Part shown: positions 47,252-58,926 of the stretch, in pieces
Position numbering within the stretch: the first letter of the stretch is position 1
Layout of the letters: each line of letters opens with the position of its first letter
Origin: Mantamonas sphyraenae STR306
Lineage: Eukaryota; Protista; CRuMs
Assembly (NCBI GenBank): GCA_026936335.1
Contig: JAPMXV010000047.1
Span: forward strand, 14,525 to 78,524
Length of the DNA stretch: 64,000 nucleotides
Reading direction: 5' to 3'
The notes under the pieces: model-generated
The model's input: only the letters and a program-made list of their open reading frames with translations
Database searches by the model: none
What the model was told of the DNA's origin: nothing
Program-made: the position numbers and the translations under genes

Positions 47252-49880
47252 ATGGACATCGATATCCCGGAAATCGACCCTGTCGATGAGAGTGTTGGTG
47301 ACATTGTCCTGGCAGACGAAACGAGCCAGCCCGATGCAGGTTCACAGCCCCACGACGAAGAAGGGCGCAAACGTGCACGTTCAGCAAGTATTGAGGAGTC
47401 GTACCAGGAGGACGAGTGGATTTCGACAGTTGCAGCGGCACTGCCCCAGCCAAAGAAACAGGCTCGCATTGACCTTGGTACGTGCCCCCCAAACGTCCAC
47501 ACACGGTTCCAAATTACGTGGTTGGTAAAACATAAACACCTCTACAACAATAACTAACCCCCACGGGCATGGCGCATGGACGAAGTAGACGCGAGCGCCG
47601 TTTCAGACTCGACGCAGCACCTGGATCAGCCTTGCTCGTCATCCGCATCGGCTGGAGATGTTTGCAGAGCAACAGAGAGGCCATTGAGCAGGGATCAGAG
47701 GGAGCTTGTCGATTTGATAGTGGCCGCGACGCGAAAGAAGGACGCGGTGGGGCTTGTGATTGAGGCAGTGCCGGGTGCGGGCAAGTCGACTGTGATCAGG
47801 GTTATTGTGAAGGAAGTCCTCAGAGAAGAGGGTGGAGAGAATCGGTGGACGACCGACCGAGCTCTGTATGTGCTGGTGTTCAACCGCGCCAACGCGAACG
47901 ATTTGAAGGAGGCACTCGAGCGAGCTGGAGTCAAGGTGGCGGCAAAGCGGAGTGACGATGGTGTGCACGTGTGCACTTTCCATTCCAAGGCCATGAGCGA
48001 TTTGGGCAGTCATGCAAAGGGAGCGGTGACGTTTGATTCGAGCTCTTCGAGCTCGGTTCTTCCGAGATACTTTGTGCAGGTACTGTGCAGAGCGAGCGCT
48101 GACATGCAACAGGGCATGAAGATCGACGATGAGCGCATTGACTCGTACCTATGCGAAAACGTGACCAAGCTTACGAACGAATTTGTCAAACGAGCCGACG
48201 CGTCCAAGGCAAGCACCAACAACCAGGAAATTCGGGACATGTGTCAGAGACACTACCAAAACATTGTAAAGTTTGCCAAGCCTGTGTTGACACAGTGCTG
48301 TCAGCAGTATGCGCCGCTGGTCAGGAGCGTCGAGCAAAAGGTGCTGCGAACGCTGGTTGAGTTCTACAGCCAGGCTTGCATGCAGATGAACATTGGCAAC
48401 GACAAGAGTGAAGTATACCACATGATCAACACGGAACGCAATCTGCGCACTCACTCTGGACTGGAAAAAAAGGCGCTTGGGGCAGAGTTTGAGCGGGGCG
48501 TGCTGACCGAGCTCGTGTGCCTGGTGCTGAAGCCAGCCGAGCTGTTTGCCAACAACATGACAAGCATTGTGTCAATGCCAGATGCGGTGTACGTGGCAAA
48601 CATCACAGGCGCAGATTCCTTGCCGCAGAAGCACATGGTGGCCCCTCTGCTCATTGTGGACGAAGCACAGGACTGCACTCCCGCCATGATCGAATTTGCC
48701 CGCCGCATGACGGAAAAGAAGGGCAGCATACTTGCAGTGTTTGGCGACAAGCGCCAGGCCATCAACCTGTCACTAGGAGCGGCACCAACGGCGCTTGCCA
48801 CTCTGAAAGAGGAAGCCTCGAACCAGGGGATGCGAACGAACACCCTGGAGCTGAAACTCACACGTCGCGTGTTTTCCAAGATGGCACCAGTGCTGGAGAC
48901 GTTGGGCACCCCAATCGAGTTTGACAAGGACGTCGTTGCGCAAGGTACGTTTGGGCCGCGCGAGGAGCTGCCCCGAGCGACCACGGCAGAAAACGATGAC
49001 CTATTGATCGTACGCAACAACCAGGAGCAGTGTGTGTTGCTGGCTGTGTACGACCAATTCTTCCTTGCAGACAATCGCGGCCACGAGTACGCCCAAGTTT
49101 GCACTGAGCTCCAGTGTCGGTGGAGCAAACACGGGGGCTCAGAAGAACATACGAATGTGGAAGAGTGGCGATCTACCGCGCAGGGGTTCGTCGAACGCGA
49201 GTTGCAGGTGATGCTCGGACCCGAAGAAGTTGCCGACACGGAGGGCGTTGGCCGCACAGCCGTGGTCGGTCGCTTCGACACTCGCCAGGACGTCCAGCAG
49301 TTCTTCAGGAGCATCAGAGGTGCGAACCGCAGGGTGTCGATGATGTTGCGAACTGTGGCTCTTTGTGCGAGGGTGGCGGTACTTGCAGCGGGATGATCTC
49401 GTTCATGAGCAGGGGGTACACGAACTCCAGCAGCGCTTCAACGACTTTATGCACGCTCCAGCAGACGCCATGGATGGCAACGGACTCTTCAAGATCCAGA
49501 TCTCGACGGTACACAAAGCTAAGGGGGCCGATCGCGGGAATGTGCACATCCTCGGACTCGTTGACCTGTTTGCCAGCACGCAAGGTAACGCGGACGAGTC
49601 GTTGAACCTCGTTTACGTTGCTTTGACTCGCTGCAAGCGTGGGTTGTTTCTCTACCCGTTGCTGGATGTCGACGAAACTGACGATGAAGACAAGCTCTGC
49701 GAGACGCTGAGCAAACAGACCAACGTGAGAATGTTGAAGGCCCTGGATTTACTCATGCAAGGATCCAAGGCGGTTGAAAACGAAGGCTATATTGGGCCCA
49801 CCACAAAGACGTTTGTGGCTGCACTCCGCAAGGCCATCTCTCACAGAGAAAAACAAAGCGCGGAGATGATTGTCGAATGA
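47252..49880 (+). CDS. UvrD/Rep-like SF1 DNA helicase (~838 aa); intron 47478-47588; extra T at 49362-49364 shifts the frame
   Basis: SF1 motifs in order: AVPGAGKST, VFNR, TFHS, IVDEAQD, FGDKRQAI, TRR, VRNN, STVHKAKG, NLVYVALTR. Donor G|GTACGT, branch ACTAAC at 47553, acceptor TAG|AC. Confidence 0.9.
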
Positions 49881-49980
49881 ACGTGCCTCTGCTCTAGTGT
49901 ATTGTAGACGATGCCAAACACCGCATTGTGGCTCCATGGCTTCAGACACTGTGAGCCAGCCCATGAGCGTTCGACCAACT

Positions 49981-50178
49981 GGTTTTCACGATGAAGCTCA
50001 GGTCCGGACCCCGGGTCATCGTCAGGAACCACCCAAGGTCGTGTGGCGAAAAAAAAAAGTTGTATATATATACCATCCTATGATTTTTTTTTTTGAGAGG
50101 TGGGGTCGGCTGGGTGAGAAGTGTGGTTTTCACGATGAAGCTCGAGTCCGGACCCCGGGTCATCGTCAGGAACCACCC
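49981..50178. repeat. Two 54-bp direct repeats (49981-50034, 50125-50178), each dyad-symmetric, flanking an AT-rich core; candidate replication origin
   Basis: ggttttcacgatgaagctc(ag/ga)gtccggaccccgggtcatcgtcaggaaccaccc occurs twice (52/54 identical, period 144). The spacer holds an A-tract, a TATATATA run and a T-tract. Confidence 0.9.
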
Positions 50179-50340
50179 ATCGGTGAAGATGTCCAAGGTC
50201 ATGTGAACAAAAACTGTCTGTATCGTATTGTTGTGGTGTTGTATTGTACTTTGGTAACGTTAAACCAATTGGTAGTCTCGCGAGCAGATGTGCCTCGCAA
50301 TGCTCCAGCTGTGCCAAGATAACGTTGTGTAGTTCGCCAA

Positions 50341-50949
50341 ATGACCCATCAGTCAATTAAAGGTGATTCTGAAAACAAGTGCTCTGGTTCGATGCCGAGT
50401 GGTGCAATCGGTTCGTTGAACACACCAACGATGAACGATGGCGATGATGACCACAACATTGTTGTCGATGACAACGATGCAGACTACCGCAGCGGGTACG
50501 AACTGGAAGAAGGAATAGATGATGAGGCCGAGGAAGATAGGGGTGAAACCATCAGTGGAGTAGGGGGGTACGGGTTCCGTTTTATTGATGACGAATTTGA
50601 GGAGGAGGAGATTATGGACTCGGAGGAGGAGGAGGAGATGAGGCAGTTTATTGCGGATGACGACGAGTTTTTGGAGTGCATTGAGCTTACAAGCAGTGAC
50701 GAGGAGGACGAGAACCGTTGGACGAGTGAGGAAGATGAGGACGATCAGTGGTACTACAACGAGGGGTCTGATGAGGAGGACAACTACGGCTATGCCAACT
50801 GGAGTGACTTGGATGTGGATGTTGACGATTTAAACAGCTCATGCTACTCCGGAAGCGATGTGGACGACTCTGGAGATGACGATGACGAGATAATTCTCCC
50901 CCGCCGGCGCAACCGACGTTCCATCCCAGACGATGAAGCAGAAGCATAA
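50341..50949 (+). CDS. Highly acidic protein (202 aa) with C-terminal basic NLS-like patch
   Basis: Asp/Glu-dominated; FIDDE and FIADDDE motifs; PRRRNRR near the end. Confidence 0.75.
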   Translation: MTHQSIKGDSENKCSGSMPSGAIGSLNTPTMNDGDDDHNIVVDDNDADYRSGYELEEGIDDEAEEDRGETISGVGGYGFRFIDDEFEEEEIMDSEEEEEMRQFIADDDEFLECIELTSSDEEDENRWTSEEDEDDQWYYNEGSDEEDNYGYANWSDLDVDVDDLNSSCYSGSDVDDSGDDDDEIILPRRRNRRSIPDDEAEA

Positions 50950-51203
50950 AAAGAAGGTGGGCTTTATAATTTCCTTGTTCTTGACACAGTGATGCTAAAC
51001 AGTACGGGCACCAGCTCGCAAAAGTCAGCCTAGCTGGCGTATGTGTGTGTGTGATGAGTTGGTACCTCCTGGTTGATGAAGCAGCGTGCAGGACCAGGTC
51101 CGGACACCAGCGGCATCGGTTGGAGCACTCGATAGGCGAGTATGTTTTCCTGTTCGTGATGCGCCGTCACCCCCAACCAATCAAGATTTCGCTCAGTGGG
51201 GAT

Positions 51204-54200
51204 ATGCAGGGGTCTGACAGCCGGTCTGAAGCCAAGAATGAGGCTACAGTCGATGGCATGGAGCTGGAAACTGACACTGGACTGCCGTCGGCCGAGAGCA
51301 CCCTCGCTGTGCACAACCATCCGGCCACACAAGTGGAGCCTGTGAGGGGTAGCAACGAGCCTGTGAGGGGTAGCAACGAGGCTGTGAATGAGATTGTAGT
51401 CGATGTAGACAACACTACAGTCAAAGTTGGGATTGGGGAAGACGCTGAAGAGCCGTCGAGCACAGCGCAAAGAAAAGGCAAGGGTAAACTCGGCACGGGC
51501 TTTGGTATGTTCGAACGCAGGTACAGGAAAAGAGGTGGCCCCGTGTACGTACAAATCGGCGAAGAGACGGCGCGCATGGGTATTGGCAACATGGAGTACC
51601 CCGGGTACTGTGAGAAAATGCTGCGATGGTACCAGGAGCATGCAGCGGAGAACGTCGTGCCTCTGGCTGAGGCCACGTATGCCCAAGACATGGATCACAA
51701 ACTGGTAGTTCACTTCCGGTATGATGGCGATGAAGAGAACGACGGCGTTTACGTGACGCATACCAAGAAAGTGGTGCTCGAGTTTCTCCAAAAGCTGGTC
51801 GGCGAATACGAGGACGAGGACATCGAGTTCATGAGCGTTATGTACACCATCATGGTCCGTCGCTCTGCTGACAAAGACGATCCATCTGTGTGCGTCCAGC
51901 TGGTTGTGGATTTGCGTGTGGATCGGGACACCGCAGAGCGCACGCTGGGGATCCTGAAGGAAATTGAGAAGAAGCTAGGTGGCGTCATGGTGTGCTCTGA
52001 AATGCTTCTTCCCGAACGACACTCACCTTCCATGTGTGGCTTGAACAGCGACCACCCTGTGACTGTCCTTCAGAGATTCAAGGGGACAGTGCAGCAAAAG
52101 GCTTGGAACAAGTCGGTGCGGAAATTGGTGATGAGCGAGGATTACAGCAAGCTACTGACAGCGTACAGTTCCACCAGTGCTCTGTGGCCGTACACCATGC
52201 AAGCTGAACAAACGTGTCCTCCTGTGCTGGCAAACTGGCTGCTGCACAGGCTCGACACGTCCGACGAGCAGAGCACAATGTCCCTGGACAAGTACGTGTC
52301 CACGTTTCTCACCCAGCATGCTCAACACGAAGGTTTGCGCTATTTGGGGAGGATCTTGGAGGAGACTGCGCGTCTGATACCAACTCGCCTTCCGAGCGAC
52401 TCTTGCAACACTCAGACAGCCACAGACACGATGAACACAGACGAAAGCGGAGCTTTTGACAAGACCTGGGAGGAAGCAGATGTACAGGTGCGCCGCTCGG
52501 CGTTTGGCAACGGTGCGGTGCGGCTAATCATCACCGACCAAGAGGAGCGGACACAAATCCGCGTCACCCTCTCTCGTTTGCCAAAGGTGTACGTGTATGT
52601 ACGGAAAGACGAAAACTGGGCTGTGTGTGGAGGGAATCCTCGGCACAAGGTGTCCCAGGTACCAAAGTCGCCCGATCTGTGCAACTTGGACCTGGACACG
52701 CTGCTTGTGCTCATGAGCGCCATCCTGTACAACATACAATCACAGCCCGCCCGAACGATGGCGTCGGACTTGGAGAAAGAAAGGGCTGAGAAGGATTGGC
52801 TGGATGGTCTCAAGGAGAAGATCCATCAGCAGGATGTGTTTGTCCATGCCGGTCGCGCAGACGACAAGGAGGTGTGGGCCAAAATCTCGCAAGACATGGA
52901 TCATCTGCGCCGTGACTACGAAGGGCAGGACGATATCGAGATTGAGGATGCAGAAGGCAATTTGCCGATGCTTGTTTATTTTGTGTGCGCACCAACGGCT
53001 CTGGGTAAGTCGCTTCTCCTCGCCCGTCTGCACTCCGATTACCTTATGCATGCCACAGATGGAGACGACAAAGAATCGGCCTTTTTGCAGTCCTCGCTGA
53101 GCATCATCTACCGGACTGCCTTGCTGCCAAGCCTGATGGACAACCTCCCGGGCGTCGTCTCGTACGATGACATCCGCAACGGCAAGCGCAGAAAGGAAGA
53201 TGTGCAACACGTCGTCTCAACAATGGAGAGCATGCTGCGCCATGTGTACCACGAAAACATGGAGCCTGAGTTTGTCAATCTCGACGAGATCGCGCGGCTA
53301 CCGAGCAAGCTCCTGGAACAAACGTTGGCACACAACGCACCGGTTAATGCGACCCTCGGCTGTATTTTGCGCACATTCATCACAGCCAAGATGCTGTACT
53401 TTGCCTCGGCGGAGTTGACGCCGGAGACGGTGTCGTTTTGGGTTTCCACCATCCGCAGGCTGGTTCCCAACCGCAATCTGCGTTTCCGTGTCATCGTAGT
53501 CGGACGAGAAAAGCCACGTGGCATGGACGTGGTCATCCACCGCTCACAGGAGACGTTTCTGCAGCGCATGATCGCCGAATGGCAGCACCGTCCACAGGCT
53601 GACCTGGAGTTTCTCCGCGACTACCGCATCTTCTCTGCAGTGGATGACCTTGAACGCTGCTGCGAGCTCTACACCGAAAACCAAGCCGCTGTGACAGACC
53701 GCAAACCCACCGTGTACTTGGTAAAGGGCAAGGGAGTGGACAAAACGGAACAGGACCGGAGCGTCCGCAACCTGAACGCCATGAGCAAGAGTACATTCAA
53801 GCGGATTCCGCTGACCGATTTTCACAAGGCACAAAGCGAGAGAAAGCAAGGGCTTTTCCGCAATATGGCCAGGAGCCAATCGGCAAAAGGTTGCGCAGAT
53901 CACGACGCGACGTTTGTGACGAGCAAAATCGTTGAAGGAGTGAGCGTCGAGCCCACGGCGTTCGATTCATTCTCTTTTCTGCGGAAACCCGACTTAACAT
54001 CACCCATGATGGTTGTGCAGATGGTAAACCGTGTGCGAAACGTCCCGAACGATGTGAACGAGGCGTTCTTGCGCTCGCAGATGAACTTGGTCTCCGTCGG
54101 ACGGCACAAAGATTACGTCGCGAATCTGGAGCTTCTTTTCAAGCACAAAAAGGACTTTGACCAGTACGCCAAGCGTCAGCATGCCAAGGATAGGTTGAGC

Positions 54201-54708
54201 AACAAGAGACTGTTTGGAAGTCCCCATAACGCCCAGCGGGACATGCACATGGGATCCTCAGACCCGTGCGATGTAGCATTCATGGTAGAGTTGCTGGCGA
54301 AATGGAGCGCAGCAGAAAGCTCTTCGTTTGATGCTCAGCAACTTGAGCGAGGCCTAGCGCACAACGGGCAGAACGTGTACTATTTCGACGCCCCAATCCC
54401 CCTGAGGGACACAGATGTTGATGGTCATGCTCGCATCGTCCTGGAACCATACGAAAGCAACGTCCATGTCTGGACTGTGGACGGTGAAGTCACCCTACCC
54501 CAGCTACCAGTGTACGACGTCAACGTGCCGTACGGGCCGTCAAACTCGCAGGACGAGTTGAACGCCACAGATCGACCTTCCAAGCGTGATCGAAGCGATG
54601 AAGACGCCCGAGGGGTGAGTTTGATGACAACGAGAACCCCGTCGCAAAACACCAGCGGGTTGAGAAGGATCAGGGGGAGCCAGACAGCAGTGAGGAGTTC
54701 AATGACCT

Positions 54709-54744
<36 letters not shown>

Positions 54745-56080
54745 CAGTAGCAGTAGCAGCTCGGGACACAAGCTCGACACAACATCAGATCTGTGGCGCT
54801 TGTACGTATCCACCGTCAAGCTTCGGTGCCAACGATATACACCGCCCACTTCAAAAGCGGAAAACAATGTACGGTGGTACGAGAAAAGGCGCCGCGGGGT
54901 CCAGCGGTTGGAGAAGGTCAACGAGAAGCTCCTGCGCCAGGTCGCGCAAAAGGTGGAGGAGTATCGTACCAACGACAAGTCAGAGGAGAAGTACAAGGAA
55001 GAATTGCAAAAGAACATGAAAACAGCCGAAGAAGGGGATGATGAGTACAGCGGACCGCAACCGGACATGGTGGACTTGTACTGCGGGATGTCACCTGCAG
55101 AACAACTGGGTATCTGGGAAGCGATCCCCTACCGTGAGTTCGTGGCTTTGTTGGACTCTCCCAAGGAGCACTTATCATCCAGTGGCTGGTATTCAATCCA
55201 AGACAACCGTTGCAAACGCCTTCAGAACCTTGCCCTTCTGACATGCTCACAGAAAACGCTTCAATCTGCAGAGAAACTGAGCAGGAGAACTGTCAGGGAG
55301 ACCTCGAAGCACACAAATGCGCTCACGTCGCGCACAAACACGTCACCACCGCACTATAGCGACGACAAGGAAGTTCTGGACCGCATTCTGGGTTTTCTGG
55401 GAATACCAACAACCGACGAGCTCCGGCAACTGGAGAAGGCGCCGGAAGACATTGTGTTATGTGCGTACAACACACCGAACACGAACGACGACGATCACGA
55501 CGACGACGACGACGACGACGACGACTCGACGGACAGGCAAGTGGTCTCGGCAGAAACCCTGGCCGAGATCCGTGACGTTGTCAACACACATGTTGACTCG
55601 GCCTCAGATGGCTGCTTGCTGGCCACCAAGAAGGTGGACAAAGAATTCACACTGTCTGCTGTGAAAACACTTCTATCGAAAGCTGGTGTGCCCATCATGA
55701 AGAGATCGAAGAAAGATGGTGACGGTGCACAGCCAAAATACGCCACGTACATACTGGCAGGTAAGCAACTGTTCGGCTGGGCCCAAGCGGCCAAGAATCT
55801 GCGGCGCCACTGGAAATGCACGCAGCAGGACAATAGTCAGTATTCCTCTGGCCGGGGAGAGGCGAGCGCCCAAGGTCAATGTCCGTGTAGCTTCCACGAG
55901 CTGGACCTTGCCAAGAAGTTTCGCCGCGGTGCGCACAGGTCAAACGATATCTACCTGGAAAATCCAACCGCCGACGATGAAACACAAGTGTGGAGTGAGA
56001 AGCAGCAGCAGGCACAACTGGATAGGCAGCAGCACATGAGTTCGAGCAACTTGACAGGCTTTGAAATGATAGAGACATGA
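51204..56080 (+). CDS. Herpes-UL9-like (replication origin-binding) SF2 helicase, ~1625 aa, with one frameshift at ~54605-54616
   Basis: APTALGKS (52989), IIYRTAL, VSTMESMLR (cf. UL9 IVQVESLHR), LDEI (53283), ASAEL, TSKIVEGVSVE, PMMVVQMVNRVR (cf. UL9 QSLGRVR). After gcccgagggg the frame of ORF 54800..56080 is open (EFDDNENP...poly-Ser...LYVSTVK). Confidence 0.82.
51336..51387 (+). repeat. 21-nt in-frame tandem repeat (EPVRGSN x2.5)
   Basis: gagcctgtgaggggtagcaac twice, then gaggctgtga. Confidence 0.9.
54708..54760 (+). repeat. (CAG)n/(CAGTAG)n microsatellite, poly-Ser in the corrected frame
   Basis: Directly visible. A (GAC)n poly-Asp tract also lies at ~55485-55524. Confidence 0.9.
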
Positions 56081-56224
56081 GCCCAGCGCCTTGATTGGAG
56101 CGCTCGACGAACCCGCACCGTAGTCAAGGAGCAGCAGCAACCACAATAACAAAACATAAAGAATCTTTCGCAACCGCTTGCTTTTTGTTGGATACCGTCA
56201 GGTGTGCAGTCGCTGTCCCACATC

Positions 56225-57594
56225 TCACTGCAGCAAATGAAGGAGACAGAGCCAAGTGAGGAGGAGCAGGATCAAATGAACATGGTTGTGAGTTGCGTCG
56301 CTGGAAGTGGGGTGCTGCCGTTGGAGTTGGGGTTGGGGTCGAGCTGTCCGGTGTGGGCGACGACGGCTCACTCTTGCCAACCACCGAGAGCGAGCAGTAC
56401 CGGGTCGACGTGCTCGCATCCATGGTAAAGCCAAACACCACGATGGAGTCACCTGCAAGTGTCATGCCAGACACGTAGTGGTCTGGAGCCCAGGTTTTCC
56501 ACCACTGGAACGAGCCGGTCGCGTCGTACCGCAGCACGGCCGAGATGGGCGTGGTTGTCGTGCCCTGCAGATACCAGGGTTGCGTAGTACACTCCCGTGG
56601 AATCTACATCGACCATTGCAGGTCGGGGGAACTGGTTGTCGATCGACGCATTGGTACGATGCCAGTTCAGTGTTCCAGCAAAATCTGTTTGGTACAGCGT
56701 GGCGCGCCACCCAGAGTTCTCGGCCTTGTAGGCGACAGTGTACAGCTTGCTAGACGCACTGTCTACAGCGATGCTCTGGGCGTCGTAGTCTACCATCGTT
56801 GCCCCTCCTGTGGGCGAAGACGAAGGGTAGGCCACGCTCTGGAGCACACCTGCAGACGACACTCGTGCCACAAACATCCGCGTCGCAAATCCAGACGGTT
56901 TCGGGTACCCTGGTATGTTGGTGGATGCACCGCCCGCTGCAAAGATGTCTCCAGAGCTCGCATCGACGCCCACCTCGCGCACTTGGTCTTTGCTGTCGCC
57001 ACTTCCAAACACCGTGGTCCACTTTACCGTGCCGTTCGACGCACGCCGTTGCACATACATCGTTACCGTGTTGGCTGTTGTGTTGGCGATGTGTCCAACC
57101 AGAACCAGGTCTGACGCTCCCCACGAAGCCATGCGCAGCCCACTCTGGCTCATGTCCGAATCCGCCATCTTCCACACCACCGTGCCGTTGGGCATGACGC
57201 GACTGAGTTCTGTCTGCCCGCTCGTCAGGGATGGGTTGGTGGAGATGCGACCAAGCACAAACACAGAGCCGTCCTGCAGCACCACGTCTGACCCGAATGA
57301 CCGGAAGCGAACGCTCCACTCCGTCGTGCCGTTCAGGGCCATCTTGGCCAGGAAGCCGCGCGCAACTCCTGGTCCCGAGTATGAAAGCTGGTTGGCAAGC
57401 GTGGTGTATGCTGTGTCTACAACATACAGCGCCTGCGCACTGGCGTCCCAACGCACGCCCGAGCGTGTCACCGGAGACGAAGCAAGCCCAGAAAAGTGGT
57501 CGTTGCACCCGGGAAAGGTGTACGTCTGTACAGCCAGTGTGGGTGTCGCACACAGAAGCGTAATGGTCAAGATGAGAAGGAAGAAACGCGGCAT
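56225..57594 (-). CDS. Secreted/GPI-anchored beta-propeller (SBBP-like) protein; frameshifts at ~56545 and ~56310
   Basis: Signal peptide MPRFFLLILTITLLCATPTLA. Repeats FLAKMALNGTTEW, QRRASNGTVKW, VGVDASSGDIFAAG, LRYDATGSFQW. Pro/Thr stalk. An alternative frame ends SSDATHNHVHLILLLLTWLCLLHLLQ, which resembles a GPI signal. Confidence 0.75.
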
Positions 57595-58926
57595 CGCGGA
57601 CGGGGTGGTTTTTTCGTGCTTGAAATTGCTGCGAGTTGCGCACGAGTCGTTCACGTCGCTTTCTACCCCCTCTGACAGGGTGGCAATCGCCTCTTTGTTC
57701 CGTCCGTAGGTGCATGCTCTGCATGGTTGTGTTGGACATCCGTCTGTGGCCCTGTGTCCGGCTTGTCACGCAGTCGCAGGAGAAGCGGCTTGGTGTCAGG
57801 GCTTGCGCGGGTTTTGCCCTCCCAGGTCGCGTTGGAAGCCTGTTGCGCGGCGTTTCTGACCGAAGATCGGTTAGAGGTTGGATCGAACACCTACAAGCAG
57901 CTTTCAGGTGTCACAGGTGTCTCTGATGGCCTACGGTGGAGCTTGGCAAGGTAGGGTCAATCTCCGACCAGTGCGATCTGGATGTGCAGGGTGCATCAGG
58001 CAAGATCCGCTGTGGCCGACTCCTTGGCTGCTCTTCCATGCCCTGGTGTGAACTCTATTGGAGCGCACAGTTGTTAGCATTGGGAGCAGAGTTGGAGTCG
58101 ACCGATCGATTCACGGTAGACGTGGTCCAATCGAGCCATGCGCAGTCCGGGTCGCGTTTGCTCATCTCAGGTTTCTCGTTTCGCCACCACCTCAGCTGTG
58201 CGGTCTACTTCAAGAAATGGTATGGACAGCATTGGCTCCACAAGGCGCCGGAGGTTTGTGCGTGAGGACCAACTTCGCCCAGTCGGCTCTTCTGGTGCAG
58301 GAGGCTCACCCATCCAAAAGAACGATCCTTGGGATCTCCCAAACCCATGGGTTGCTTCATACAGACGGTGGTATGGACCGTGACCATTTTGAGGACAGGC
58401 TCGGTGGGCACGTTTGATTGCCGTTGTGCAAAAGGGAATCTGACCAGGCTGGGATGGTGTGAGGATGTTCGCTTTGCTCTGCCCACCGAAAACCGTGCAA
58501 TGCAGAAGCTACAACTGTCGTTGCACCCACAGCAAAGTGAGATCCATCTGGAGAGGGTATCCAAAGCAAGGGCACAGCCGACACACGATGACGAATCACT
58601 TGCCGAAACAACCCCTCCAAGGAGCCCAGACAGCACTTTGAGAGTCGCAGACAACGGCTGCACTGTGCTCACAATCATTTCTATCACTCCAGTCACTCCT
58701 GGTGTTTACTCCAGGTCACACATTCTGCGCACAGCTTGGAGGTGGATATTGTACGATATTGCGCGATTTTTGTACAAACCCATCCTTCTTGGGATACTCT
58801 CGTTTTCTCGTTTTGCGTATTACCGGATGGGATATCTCAGAGGACGAGGGATCAAAGTGGACAGGTAAGCAACGATTTTACGTGTCTTTACACGTGCTTG
58901 CATGTGGGCAAGCGCCGCAGAGGCCA

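Larger units (their letters stand above)
36326..49566. repeat. Right arm of the inverted repeat
   Basis: Starts CCCCGTCGGTACAGG at 36326 and is the reverse complement of 1-13240. Differences seen: 1-nt indels at 203-204/49362-49364, 1095-1102/48465-48471 and 7805-7809/41757-41762, and a substitution at 13220/36346. Confidence 0.98.

Noticed and set aside
47252-47576. Stop-codon readthrough from the 101-aa ORF into the in-frame helicase
   Set aside because: The TAA lies inside a canonical intron (GTACGT...ACTAAC...TAG) whose removal joins the exons in frame.
49981-50178. CRISPR array or hammerhead ribozyme
   Set aside because: Only two 54-bp units with a 90-nt spacer and no cas genes; lacks the CTGANGA...GAAA core.
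54600-55019. Poly-Ala C-terminus of the 1324-aa ORF, or an intron starting at GTGAGT (~54615)
   Set aside because: The alternative frame is open and protein-like from ~54617 straight into ORF 54800..56080, so a frameshift in gcccgagggg is simpler. An intron is not formally excluded.
36326-56080. Helitron, Polinton/Maverick or DDE transposon
   Set aside because: The helicases are UvrD- and UL9-like, not HUH-Pif1. No PolB, integrase, capsid or transposase motifs, and no short TIR or target-site duplication, were seen.
57660-58900. ORFs between the two propeller genes (also 60800-61950)
   Set aside because: Short, overlapping on both strands, no motifs; cannot be supported.
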